A stretch of 63,965 bases of DNA, filler included, from Octopus bimaculoides (Eukaryota), in assembly GCF_001194135.2 (NCBI RefSeq). It is 7 parts of 7 records of this genome, joined end to end, with 100 filler letters (N's around TTAATTAATTAA, not from the genome) between each part and the next. Parts side by side here need not be neighbours in the genome. Positions count along the whole stretch, not along the records: positions 1 to 18,375 come from NC_068982.1; positions 18,476 to 30,694 come from NC_069000.1; 5 more parts are not named here. One strand, written 5' to 3'. The position numbers were made by a program, and so were the translations under genes. Shown here in pieces: positions 13,300 through 25,570 of the stretch. Position 1 is the first letter of the stretch, and each line of letters opens with the position of its first letter. The notes below the pieces were generated by a model, which worked only from the letters and a program-made list of their open reading frames with translations, searched no databases and was not told where the DNA came from.

Positions 13300-13889
13300 C
13301 CAGGTTAGCTTGGGAGGTTAAGCAGTTGTGGTCGATGAAAAAGATGGTAGTAATACCAATAATTGTCAGAGCCCTGGAAACAGTGAGTAGAAATCTTGAT
13401 AACTTGATAAGTATATGGAACAAATAGGGGCTGCAATAAGGGTGGAGCACTTGCAGAAAACAGCACTGCTTGGAACCGCTCGAATACTCTGGAAGGTGCT
13501 TGAAAATTAAGGGGTGTTACCTTAGTTCACTGGTAGTGAACAGCTGACACCGTAGTACATCTCCAGCATTAGAAGCTGTGCAAAGGCAAATATAATGATA
13601 ACAATTTTACTCACTGTGTTCCAGGACTCCGACAATTATTGGTACTACTACCACCTTTTTCAGCAACTACAACTGACCTCCCAAGCTAACCTGTTATATC
13701 TATCGACTTTTCGTTCTTGGAATAAATAGGGGCTACAATAAGGGTCGAGCTTTTGCAGAAATCAGCACTGCTTGGAACCGCTTGAATACTTCGGAAGGTG
13801 CTCGAAAGATTAGGGGTGTTACATTAGTTCACTTGTAGTGAACAGCTGACACTGTAGTACATCTCCAGCGTTAGAAGCTGTGCAAAGGC

Positions 13890-13964
<75 letters not shown>

Positions 13965-13965
13965 T
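13300..13965 (+). mobile_element. R4/Dong-clade non-LTR 3' ends (two tandem copies) with (AAT)n tail
   Basis: LAWEVKQLWSMKKMVVIPIIV...LQKTALLGTARILWKVLE. 13420-13590 is repeated at 13725-13890 and followed by (AAT)n. Confidence 0.75.
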
Positions 13966-14075
13966 CGAGAGCAAACCTCAGCGTAACCAGTGGTGATATC
14001 CTGGCGAGTCCATGACCACCACCTCATTTCTGCATCGTTTCGACAGCAGATTAATTGCAGGGCTTGTGATCCGGG

Positions 14076-14310
14076 CAGTGGTTCTCAACCATTTACCTGT
14101 GGACCACCCCTTTGATTCCTAGTTTACTCTGCTAGACCCTCAGAGCCATTCGATTTTTGAAAAGCCATATATTTTTATGATTAAATATTATTAGGAATTG
14201 TATAAAAAAATTATTAAAATATTTTATGTATTATAAAAGTATAACCAAATTATTGCTCATAAATTTATGTGGACCCCCAAGTGCCATTTGGACCCAGTTA
14301 AAAACCACTC
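14076..14310. mobile_element. hAT-type MITE
   Basis: Termini CAGTGGTTCTCAAC and GTTAAAAACCACTC (degenerate). No clear 8-bp TSD. Confidence 0.55.
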
Positions 14311-14511
14311 ACCTAGAGAAAGACATGAGTTGTTAATTAGACCATTTCTTCATTTTTGGTTATTTGATAAAGTGTTTGGGCCTGGTGAAAAAGGAATCGT
14401 TTTGAGTAAAAGTCAAGCTAATCATAGACTTTATCTTTGCGCTAGTTTCGTTTCCCAGTTAATCCTAATCTAATTCAGACATATTTTATCCTATCTTCTG
14501 AAAATATCATC

Positions 14512-15050
14512 TATCAGGTCATCCCATAAGTTCTGTCCGAATTTTGAATAAAAAAAACAAGTGATCAAATGTTATATTTAATTTAAATTTAATCATCAAT
14601 GTACTTTCCCTGATTATCCATGACTTCCTTCCATCTATTTACAAGCTTTTTAATCCCATCAATGTAAAACTCTTTTGGTTTCAAAGCGAAGAACACTGAA
14701 ATGTCAGTTTCGACCTCCTCCTGCTTTGCGAAAGTTATGTCCCCCAAATGATTCTTTAAACTACGAAACAAATAGTAGTCTGAAGGAGTAAGGTCGGGAG
14801 AATAAGGTGGATGAGGAATTCTTTACCAACCAAGCTCTTCGATCTTCTGTGATGTGATCTTTGCAGTGTGGGGTCGCGCATTGTTCTGATGAAACATCAC
14901 TCCTTTTCGATTCACTAAAGCGGGTCTTTTTTCCTTCAAAGCTTGGTTCAAACGCTCTAATTGCTGACAGTAGACTTGAGCATTGATTGTTGCATTAGGT
15001 GGTAACAATGCAACATGAAATGGGAACATCTGAATAGTTGGGGCCAAAGA
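14512..15050 (-). mobile_element. Mariner transposase 3' half with TIR
   Basis: TINAQVYCQQLERLNQALKEKRPALVNRKGVMFHQNNARPHTAK, a PHPPYSPDL-type segment, and FRSLKNHL...GIKKLVNRWKEV. TA plus TCAGGTCATCCCATAAGTTCTGTCCG at 14512. Confidence 0.85.
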
Positions 15051-15118
15051 TGGAACAACGTTTCTCACTTTAACATCGACAACAATAACAACAACAGTTA
15101 CATCATAATAATACATCG

Positions 15119-15175
<57 letters not shown>

Positions 15176-15639
15176 TCGATAATAATAATAATAATAGCAT
15201 GCGCAGCTGACAACAAGGTATGCGATATTTAAACGGTTCCGCCAACGAATTCCAGATAAACCATCGACACCCGGATATATGTCTGCAAACATATAACTCT
15301 GAACGATGTCAAACCAAATAGGGTTTTTTTGAAATCGTTTAGTACGTGCGTTTCAGGTTTGCGTAAATATATCATAAGAAATGCATCCATTACAAAAACC
15401 ATCCTCTGTGAAAGCATTTCAAATATGATATTAGTTATTCACGACGGCGGGAGCAGTATTAGTTCCGACTAATAATTTGTATGCCCTATTTAATGTGAAT
15501 ATGCCTAAGGGAAGCCCATAATACCTCATAATTCGTCCTCAGAAAGCATCTTGTATAGATGTATAGTGATTAAAAGCACAAGAGTATCAGTAGTAGACGA
15601 AGAATATCCAGTACTAGCGACTAAAATGCCTGATCACAT

Positions 15640-16100
15640 GACTTCAGCGTCTTTGCGCGTCATCAACAGCAGATACCCATATGTCTGAGCGGGTATGCAT
15701 ATAATTACCTTGCTTTATCATTCCGTTTTCTTTACAAATTTCTTTACATATGAAGGAGACCTTTCGAACAATCCTAGCTGTTCTTAATAGTACAGATTTT
15801 GTAATAATGCAGCTCTCATAGTTAGACCGATCTCGGAAAGAAACTACCAAGTCTCTTGGTATCAGTACCTTGGACACCCATAACCACAGAAGCCGTCCAC
15901 AGTCTTCGCATTTCTCAAACTAAATCTTGATGCTTTCCTATTTTTCCCTTCCCTTTGACCGTTACATTAATACTAGCAGACACAGCCACATCTGTAAGAA
16001 AGCACTCTTTCGACACGTAGCCCACAATTATAATATTTGGTTGTCTTGCTTGAATCTCATAGTAAGTTTGAAAAATGAAGTCACATAAGACCTTAAATAG
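15640..16100 (-). mobile_element. R4/Dong-clade REL endonuclease fragment
   Basis: ENDLFKVLCDFIFQTYYEIQARQPNIIIV...KIGKHQDL resembles the W-D...-R-PD..D..KY.DL REL motif. Confidence 0.7.
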
Positions 16101-17508
16101 ATCATTTTCCGTCACACTCTCTCTCTACTTCAAACCCCCTTTGCATTTATGTGTCCCAGTGCAATACCTTGCTTGCACAACAATTTCTGCATTTATACAC
16201 CTTCTGTGCCAAAGGACCACAAGAATCTATTATGTGCACAATGGACCCCTCTTTCTCTTTAGACATTCTATACTTAACATTCTCTGAGTGTGATTACAGT
16301 GGGGTCTAACGAAGGAATTATTTAAGCAATCACCTGGAGAGGCGTATTTTACACCTTAGATGGATGCTAATGATTACGCAAAAACTCCCAAACGTGCCAC
16401 AGGTGTAAAGATGTATCAAAACGTAATCATCTTAACTAATCTAGTTCATCCATTTTCTCTCTCTCTCTCTCTCTCTCTCTCTNNNNNNNNNNNNNNNNNN
16501 NNNNNNNNNNNNNNNNNNNNNNNNNNNNNNNNNNNNNNNNNNNNNNNNNNNNNNNNNNNNNNNNNNNNNNNNNNNNNNNNNNNNNNNNNNNNNNNNNNNN
16601 NNNNNNNNNNNNNNNNNNNNNNNNNNNNNNNNNNNNNNNNNNNNNNNNNNNNNNNNNNNNNNNNNNNNNNNNNNNNNNNNNNNNNNNNNNNNNNNNNNNN
16701 NNNNNNNNNNNNNNNNNNNNNNNNNNNNNNNNNNNNNNNNNNNNNNNNNNNNNNNNNNNNNNNNNNNNNNNNNNNNNNNNNNNNNNNNNNNNNNNNNNNN
16801 NNNNNNNNNNNNNNNNNNNNNNNNNNNNNNNNNNNNNNNNNNNNNNNNNNNNNNNNNNNNNNNNNNNNNNNNNNNNNNNNNNNNNNNNNNNNNNNNNNNN
16901 NNNNNNNNNNNNNNNNNNNNNNNNNNNNNNNNNNNNNNNNNNNNNNNNNNNNNNNNNNNNNNNNNNNNNNNNNNNNNNNNNNNNNNNNNNNNNNNNNNNN
17001 NNNNATATATAAAACTTATCCAATATGGACGGTATAGAGGTGTATTGGTCCAATATGGACGATGTGTAGGTCTATAGATAGACTACACTATATATTTGTA
17101 CAAAAAAAAATGAAAAAATATCGACCGACAGAGAGACATGTTGATCTACAGAAAGACGCGAAGAGATACCATCAAACAAATTAACAAATAAGCAACAACA
17201 AAAATATAAAAATGAAATGGAAATAAATACAGGAAAAAATGTCGTCTAAGACAGCATCAAATGAAATGTTGATAAAACTCCAATAAGTTACGAAACCAAA
17301 CAAAAATAAGATGTGTTTTTGTCTGTTTTTTTCCTTTTTTCTGTTTTACATCTCACTTGTTTATTTACATAATAATTTATGCCACGGCAAAGATTTTGGT
17401 CATGGAGCCATTACAAAAACTGATGCAACTGCTTGTGTACACACATATATAAATACATATGCATGCATTTCTTCTTGTTGCTTTTTCTCTTTACACACAA
17501 CACACATA

Positions 17509-17558
<50 letters not shown>

Positions 17559-17884
17559 TACACACATATAAAGAGAGAGTGTATTGAACGAAGTGTTCAT
17601 GTAGTGAGCAGTCGCTGTAGAAAACTGAAAGGCTGGGTAATTTACGCAGGAGATTTATGTGTATAAACTGAATATAAACAGGACACTCACCTATGTATGT
17701 ATGTGTGTATGAATGTATGTACGTATGTATGAATGTATGCAAGTATTATGTATTTGTATATATATATGAATGTAGGTATGTCTGTTTCTAGCTATCTAAA
17801 AACATACATGCATGCATATATATATATATATATATATATTGGTATTTGTTGTTTTATCCTGTTCTTTTTGTCATGGATTTGCCG

Positions 17885-17932
<48 letters not shown>

Positions 17933-18327
17933 GTTTGTATGTATGTACGTACACGCATATATATAATATGTATATATTTATCACAATAAATGTGCATACA
18001 AGATTGTGTATATTGCAAGAACCGTATGTGTGTGTTTGTGTGTGCGTGTGTGTGTGTGTATGTGCGTGTGTGTGCGCGTGTGTGTGTGTGTGTGTGTGTG
18101 TACAAGTGTATGTTTGTCCTTATGTGTGTGTAATTACTCAAAGCTGAGTTTTCACCATCAACACTCGGAGTTGCGATCTTCGGAAGGTCGGGCGTTTGTG
18201 AAAAGTGGTTAGTAAAGTCTTATACACACTTACTCAAATGAATTATACACACACACACGCGAGCGGGCACAAGCAAGCACGCATGCAAGTACACACACAC
18301 ACATGTGTGTTTGTATATATTGTATAT

Positions 18328-18375
<48 letters not shown>

Positions 18376-18419
18376 NNNNNNNNNNNNNNNNNNNNNNNNN
18401 NNNNNNNNNNNNNNNNNNN

Positions 18420-18431
18420 TTAATTAATTAA
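18420..18431. other. Synthetic assembly linker TTAATTAATTAA inside a 100-bp N gap (also 30739-30750, 45619-45630, 52896-52907, 60564-60575, 62908-62919)
   Basis: An identical 12-mer flanked by 44 N on each side occurs six times. It gives stop codons in all six frames, as in standard pseudomolecule join spacers. Confidence 0.95.
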
Positions 18432-18475
18432 NNNNNNNNNNNNNNNNNNNNNNNNNNNNNNNNNNNNNNNNNNNN

Positions 18476-18520
<45 letters not shown>

Positions 18521-18940
18521 GACATACACTTTCTGGGGACTGTGTGCCAGGTCGTACAAGAGGAGGTGTTGGGCGACCGGAGGGTTGAGGTTATGTAGGA
18601 AAGATTAGAACACTTAACGACCGGATGGCATGCTGAAACGACGGCGGGACATCACCTCCACCATAGGGTTTGTCAGAATATAGGTCTGTTATTTTTAGGG
18701 TCTCATGTACAACATTGTATAAATAACCAAATTATACGCACGCACGCACACGCACACACACACACAGGCTCACATATACACACGATCACATTGAAGAACG
18801 TGACATTAATACATAGTAGAATATATGTAATATAAACATATATAGGATATTATACACGCAAGCACGTAATCACATGTACATATATATATATACATATACC
18901 ATACACACACATAATGTATATATATATATATATATATATA

Positions 18941-18974
<34 letters not shown>

Positions 18975-19168
18975 CACACATAATTAAAGAGTTAACGATT
19001 CACCGCTGTTTAATTATAAATACCAACTTTATATAACCAGTTGAGTGGTCTGTCCTTTGCACGCAACAACGCGCGCGCTGCGTGTATTTGCACGCGCGCG
19101 CGCACACACACACACATATATAAATCCATATATAAGTATATATATATATGCATATGCACCCATATATG

Positions 19169-19211
<43 letters not shown>

Positions 19212-19828
19212 NNNNNNNNNNGATAGATAGATAGATAGATAGATAGATAGGATAAATAAAACAAAGAGGATAAATAAAACTGAATCCATGAATAAATATA
19301 ATTTATTATCTTTAATCGGTAGATCTTCCAAGGTGGCTCAAAGGACTCATTAAAAGTACACCACACACATTCGCACGCACGCACACACACACACACACAC
19401 ATACGCACGCACATTAAATGTTATGAAGGTTCACCGAGGTGCTTCCCTGACAATCAGATAAATCAGGACGGCGAAACTATAAAGTCATCCGCACCATCTA
19501 TTATATAGAATCTATTTACTTGACTCTGTCTTTCGTGTTGAGCACTCTATGAGTTAAAGATCTATCAAAAATTCATATATACTAAAAACCGCAGCGAAAA
19601 TCAGGCTATCTTTTCCACATTGCATTGTAGTTCAACTTGTTTAAGGTTTCGCGGAATAGGATCGAATCTAAAATCTCGTTATTCGGGAGAGAACATATTA
19701 AACGCATAGCGTTGGTGTGTGTTAAGAGGGAATATCGGCTGCTTCTTCTGGCAGATTCGGAAGACTATGTAGATACTCTTTCAATTAATGATAGAACGGA
19801 TGACGACGACGACGACGACGACGACGAC

Positions 19829-19896
<68 letters not shown>

Positions 19897-20447
19897 NNNN
19901 NNNNNNNNNNNNNNNNNNNNNNNNNNNNNNNNNNNNNNNNNNNNNNNNNNNNNNNNNNNNNNNNNNNNNNNNNNNNNNNNNNNNNNNNNNNNNNNNNNNN
20001 NNNNNNNNNNNNNNNNNNNNNNNNNNNNNNNNNNNNNNNNNNNNNNNNNNNNNNNNNNNNNNNNNNNNNNNNNNNNNNNNNNNNNNNNNNNNNNNNNNNN
20101 NNNNNNNNNNNNNNNNNNNNNNNNNNNNNNNNNNNNNNNNNNNNNNNNNNNNNNNNNNNNNNNNNNNNNNNNNNNNNNNNNNNNNNNNNNNNNNNNNNNN
20201 NNNNNNNNNNNNNNNNNNNNNNNNNNNNNNNNNNNNNNNNNNNNNNNNNNNNNNNNNNNNNNNNNNNNNNNNNNNNNNNNNNNNNNNNNNNNNNNNNNNN
20301 NNNNNNNNNNNNNNNNNNNNNNNGATATCTAAACAAAATGTACAGGAGATCGATTCCCAGCAGGGTCATTGTTACTTCTTTTTTTTTATTTTAGGTGTGT
20401 GTCTGTGTGTCCCCCACATGTGTACGAGAATGAGAATGCGTGTGTTG

Positions 20448-20486
<39 letters not shown>

Positions 20487-20640
20487 TTTGTGTGTGTGTG
20501 TATGTGTGTGTGTGTGTGTTTGCAAATGGGTGGAAGTGTATGTTCTCGTGTAAAAATGTGTCGCTTACACATCGCCCTCACACACATCTGCAACCATATA
20601 TACGCATACACGCGCACACAGACTCCTATTACAGCATACC

Positions 20641-20688
<48 letters not shown>

Positions 20689-20862
20689 TGCACACATATA
20701 CACATACATACATAGAGAACTCCACCTACACACTCAGACACGCGGACAGAAGCGGCAGGTTTATGGCTGTCTAAACCTCCAGGGACATATCTATTAACAC
20801 CAATGAGCAGTAAATGAAAATAAAATGTGTGTATATAGCGTGTGTGTGTGTGTTTGTGTGAG

Positions 20863-20895
<33 letters not shown>

Positions 20896-20948
20896 CTGCG
20901 TGTGTGTTTGTGTGTTTGTGTGTGTTTGTGTGTGTTTGTGTGTGTGTT

Positions 20949-21010
<62 letters not shown>

Positions 21011-21049
21011 TAGATATATCTATCTATCTATATATATATAGAGAGAGAG

Positions 21050-21105
<56 letters not shown>

Positions 21106-21594
21106 GTGGTAGAAAGAGAGACAGACAGACATAGATAGTCAGGCATAAGTGAGAAGAAAAGAGATAGGAGAGAGAGAGAGGCAAAGATAACTTGTGGGAA
21201 AGAGACAGACAGATAGAGAGAGAGAGAGAGATGGGGAGAGAGAGAGATGGGGAGAGAGAGAGAGAGAGAGAGTAGTGGTGGTGGGTAGGGATAACGAGTG
21301 GAAACGTGTGTGTGGGGGGAGAATAATTGTTTACAACTTTACGCTCCATTAACCAATTGGTCGAGATGATATTTAAAACATTGAAGTGTTGTTGGTGTTG
21401 CGGTGGTGGTAGCAGAGATGGTGGTGATGAACGTGATGGTAGTGGTGTTGGTNNNNNNNNNNNNNNNNNNNNNNNNNNNNNNNNNNNNNNNNNNNNNNNN
21501 NNNNNNNNNNNNNNNNNNNNNNNNNNNNNNNNNNNNNNNNNNNNNNNNNNNNNNNNNNNNNNNNNNNNNNNNNNNNNNNNNNNNNNNNNNNNNN

Positions 21595-21653
<59 letters not shown>

Positions 21654-22419
21654 TACACATATATATGAGTTCATATACAACTAGACTCAACAACGCTATC
21701 TCATTTGCGACTGAGTAAACTGAAGCAATGGGAAATAACGTGCTTTGCTCAAGAACACAACTCAACGCTCGATCCGGGAATCGAAACTTAGACCATGCGA
21801 TCATGAGTGCAACGCCTTAAGCCACGCATCTTCACATAGCGAAATTATATCTAAGTGTTCAATTCCTGGTCTGCGTCCTTATCACAGATGCAGGGACCCT
21901 AGATGAAAATATATATTTTTCTATATCTCTATTTCATCTCTTCAAATGAGTAAAGAGAGAAGTGTGAACGGGTGTAGTTTCATTGAAGCAAGTAAAAGAA
22001 AAAAAATCATAATTTATGACGAACTCGAACTCAGGAACTCGTGATTCTCGCCTAAATGACTGTTCAAATATCAAAGTGACCTTTCACATTCCGATTACCC
22101 TGTCAAATGCAATCCTTATTTATTCCCATTGTTTGGAATTAATCACGCATTATCTCGTAGCTTTGAGATTTCAATGATGTGATTATTTTTAGAATGACAC
22201 TGTAGAGTAAGTGTAAGAGACCGGATCTGACCGATTTGAACATAAAGCAGGCTGAATATTTGAGCCTGATATGGACCGGTTTAAATGCTAAAGGGTTAAA
22301 TTCGGTTTGCTTCGTTATACATTAAATCCCCTCTGAGAGGAATGAAAAACCAAGTCGAGCCTGGTTCGAATTCAAAAACTGGAGAATGAAAACTAAACTC
22401 TGCATTTAAAGATAGGTGC

Positions 22420-23280
22420 AGCGCCTGAAATTTGAGGGAGGATATCATCGTTCCAGGGAATGACTGGAATTTTATTTTATCGATCCTGGAGGATTAAAAG
22501 ACAAAATCGATTGCTGTAGGATTTGAATTCAGGACGCAAAAAGCTGAAACAAATATCATGAGTTTTTGTTTTCACCCCACCCCCGTCTCAGATGTTCTAG
22601 CGATTCTGCCAGCTCGCTGCGTCAAGGAAACGAAACTTAGTCCATCGTCTTAACTACTCGTCTGCGATGACTAAGTCTAAGAATTCGTTCTAGCGTAAGC
22701 ACAAGGCCTGAAATTTTGAGGGGAAGGGGACGATTACATTTGTACTTTTATTTTTCATCGACCTCGTAAGAATAAAATGCAAAGTCGGCTTTAGTGAAAT
22801 TTGAACTCAAAGCATAAAGCCGGAAGAAAAGCCGCTAAGCACTTTGTCCGGTACATTAACAATTAACAACCCGAGGCCAGCAATCTAGAAGAGGTGGGGT
22901 TAATCGATACTATTGACCCCAGAACTTAACTGGTACATTATTTTATCCACCCTGAAAAAATGAAGAGAAGAGTTGACTTCGGTGGGATTTGAACACAGAA
23001 CATAAAGTCGGGAGAAATACTGCTAAGCATTTTGTCCGACGCACTAACGATTCTACCAATCCACAACAACAATAATAATCCTTTCACAAGGCCTGAAATT
23101 TTGGTGGGAGGGACTAGTCGATCATATCGACCCCAGTGATCGATTGGTACTTCTTTTATCGACCTCGAAAGGATGAAAAGTAAAGTCGATCACCATGGAA
23201 TTTGAATTCAGCCGTAAAGCCGGACGAAATGCCGCTAAGCATTTTCTCCGGTGCACTTACGATTCTGTCAGCTCACAACC
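22420..23280 (-). mobile_element. Head-to-tail array of 4 Nin-type SINE copies
   Basis: Four successive units of about 200 bp, each with G(A)ATTTGAA(C/T)(T/A)CA and CTAAGCA..TT.TCCG motifs. Confidence 0.75.
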
Positions 23281-23764
23281 TTCGCCTTAATAATAAAATG
23301 ACGATAATTTGTTTCTAACATGTGTAATGTTGGGAAAACAGGGTAAAATCGGTACGAATCTACCCCAGAATGGTGAAAGGAAAAATTGTTTCTTGTAAAA
23401 TTCGAACTTACAACGTTAAAAAGTGAGACTTTACACTATAATACGATCGATTTTGCCATTCACGAATCTACTTAAATAACATTCACAACTGTGACAACAA
23501 CACTAACAAGACAATATAGTGAATTTAAATGCAAATTGGAACGAGAAGCTCAACCATAATATGTGTATGTCAATATTTATTTCAACACACATATATGTGC
23601 GTGTATACATATTTGTGTATGTATGTGTGTAGGTGTGAGCGAGAGAGGGAGAGAGAGATTAAAAGAAAAATTATAAATAAGAAGCAAAATAGTACAATAT
23701 GTTTTTTCAAAGTCGCATTCCATGACAGGGAAATAAACTGAAATCGAAGTTTGTGTATGGAATC

Positions 23765-24409
23765 ATGTCAGCTCTTTTAAGAAATACCACCCTAAACCAT
23801 CGACTGGAAGTGACTGTTCAACCGAAATACTTCGAAGAGGCTCTATTATGTCTTGTGGAATCAATTATATACATAAGAAGTAAAGGGAGAGTGTTACGGG
23901 ATGCAAAACATGTTTATCGCGAAGGCACGAAGAAAACTGCCATGAAGTACTGCACTTCATTTAGTCTGCAATATTCTTGTAATGAATCGAGTGAACTTCA
24001 GAGCAGAATTCTAAACCAAATCCAAAGAGTTCGGTGGCTTTGCTGCATAGAAGGACAAAATGCTAATTGCAGTTTGAGCATGAAATTCTACAAGAATTTC
24101 GTCAGTCCAACTCAATTTAGCAGTGCTCTGCAAATTTTTGAAACATGGCAGATTCGCATTCGGATAGTGACTTTCACAGAGGTGGGACATGCCCAAAACC
24201 AAGTACAGGAAATGGTAAATACTTTAACGAACTGTATATCTTATATCCATGAATGCAAATTTTCCATTTCCCCTTTATCGAACATTAATACTTTTGAAGA
24301 TTTGTTCAGTTTTCTTGACTTGGTATCCTTCTCTGATGTTTCGTTGTATCATTTCTTCTTTGATCTTAATTTCCAAAATTCTGATGAAGATGAAAGTGTT
24401 TCGCAATAA
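23765..24409 (+). CDS. ATG101: ATG101-like HORMA-domain protein, 214 aa, single coding exon, divergent
   Basis: Uninterrupted ORF from ATG 23765 to TAA 24409 (the track starts it at GTG 23753). Ungapped blocks match human ATG101 as recalled: [28 protein letters not shown] vs [41 protein letters not shown] vs [21 protein letters not shown] vs [39 protein letters not shown] vs [40 protein letters not shown] vs LRDVQPYLY. Length is close to ATG101 (218 aa). Orthologue versus paralogue is not established. Confidence 0.85.
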   Translation: [214 protein letters not shown]

Positions 24410-24454
24410 AATGATTTCTTTGAAGTTTCGGTTTTTCATTTTATTATTTTGACA

Positions 24455-24650
24455 TGTGGATTTGCAGAATCGTTAGAGCGTCAGAATAAAACGGTCTTGT
24501 AGTTTGTTTTTCGATTCGCTACGTTCTGAGTTCAAATCCTGCAGATGTAACCTTTCGAGATCGTCAAAATAAGTACCAGTAAAGTTAGTGCGGTCGATGC
24601 AATAGGCTTGCCTCTCCCCTAAAAATTACTGGCATTGTAGTAAAATTAGA
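24455..24650 (+). mobile_element. Diverged Nin-type SINE just downstream of the ATG101-like stop codon
   Basis: GCAGAATCGTTAGAGCGTC...ACGTTCTGAGTTCAAATCC...AAAATAAGTACCAGT. Confidence 0.7.
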
Positions 24651-25029
24651 ATTTTTTTCATTAATTTATTTAACGGTTATATTTCCAAAAATATTTCATT
24701 TCTGTTAAGATTATAATTATTTTTATGTCATTTTTAATATTTCAAAAGGAAAACGGTGGTTTCCAGAATCCGATAGAGTAACCTTAATTTATTTTGCTAC
24801 ATTCGTTTCTTTCGCGTTCAAGACTATCCAAAGGTAATATTTATTTTTCCTCCATCCTAGGATCGAAATAATAATGTTTTAAATCGATTGCATCTCTGCA
24901 CCTAAAATTATTGTCTGTCTTCTAAATTTAGAAATACCCACTTTTTCTTAAAGAGATTAAATATGACATTTTTGTTGTGCAATACTGATTTCTATTCTAG
25001 ACTTAAGTATTATCGCAAGTTCTAACATT

Positions 25030-25260
25030 CCCGGGGTCGGTACCCGGTTTCCACGGCCTCTAAGTGAACGATATCACACCATTCACCCTGATCGGAAGAC
25101 TAGTCCGTCGCGAGGTTGCTCGTTTACAGTCGAGTGGACTGGAGCAATGTGAAATGAAGTGTCTTGCTCAAAAACATAACGCACCACTCGGTCTAGGAAT
25201 GGAAACCACAATCTTAAGATCGTAAGTGCAATACCCGAACCGTTAGCCCAGGTACCTTCA
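25030..25260 (-). mobile_element. Third tRNA-derived SINE family (V-domain-like). Partial copies at 21690-21830, 29985-30100 and 58790-58925
   Basis: Minus strand reads TTGAGCAAGACACTTCATTTCACATTGCTCCAGTCCACTCG.CTGTAAA...CCTCGCGACGGACTAG. Confidence 0.6.
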
Positions 25261-25309
25261 CGACTTATACCTAAGGTCGCTAATATGATCTGTGTGGAGT
25301 GAAATACTT

Positions 25310-25570
25310 TTGTACTCTAGGCACAAGTACGCAACTGGTACTTAATTTATCAACCCCGAAAGGATGAAAGGCAAAGTCGACCTCGGCGTAATTTGAACTC
25401 AGAACGTAATAAACCTATATTCTTTTCTACTTTAGGTACAAGGCCCGAAATTTGGGGGGAGGCGGGGCAGTCGATTAGATCGACACCAGTACGCAACTGG
25501 TATTTAATTTATCGACCCCGAAATGGTAAAGTCAAAGTTGACCTCGGCGTAATTTGAACTCAGAACGAAC
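25310..25570 (-). mobile_element. Nin-type SINE partial copies. Further copies: 26005-26210 (+), 27690-28060 (-), 33895-34105 (-), 38515-38720 (+), 51380-51540 (+), 57935-58125 (-), 59340-59730 (-)
   Basis: Same diagnostic motifs as the 3075-3290 copy. Confidence 0.75.

Noticed and set aside
19445-19500. CTGACAA...GAAAC...GTC motif
   Set aside because: G8 is missing and there is no stem II adjacent to the core.
19637-19900. ORF ending in poly-Asp
   Set aside because: It is open only because of (GAC/GAT)n and the gap, with no recognisable domain or splice signals.
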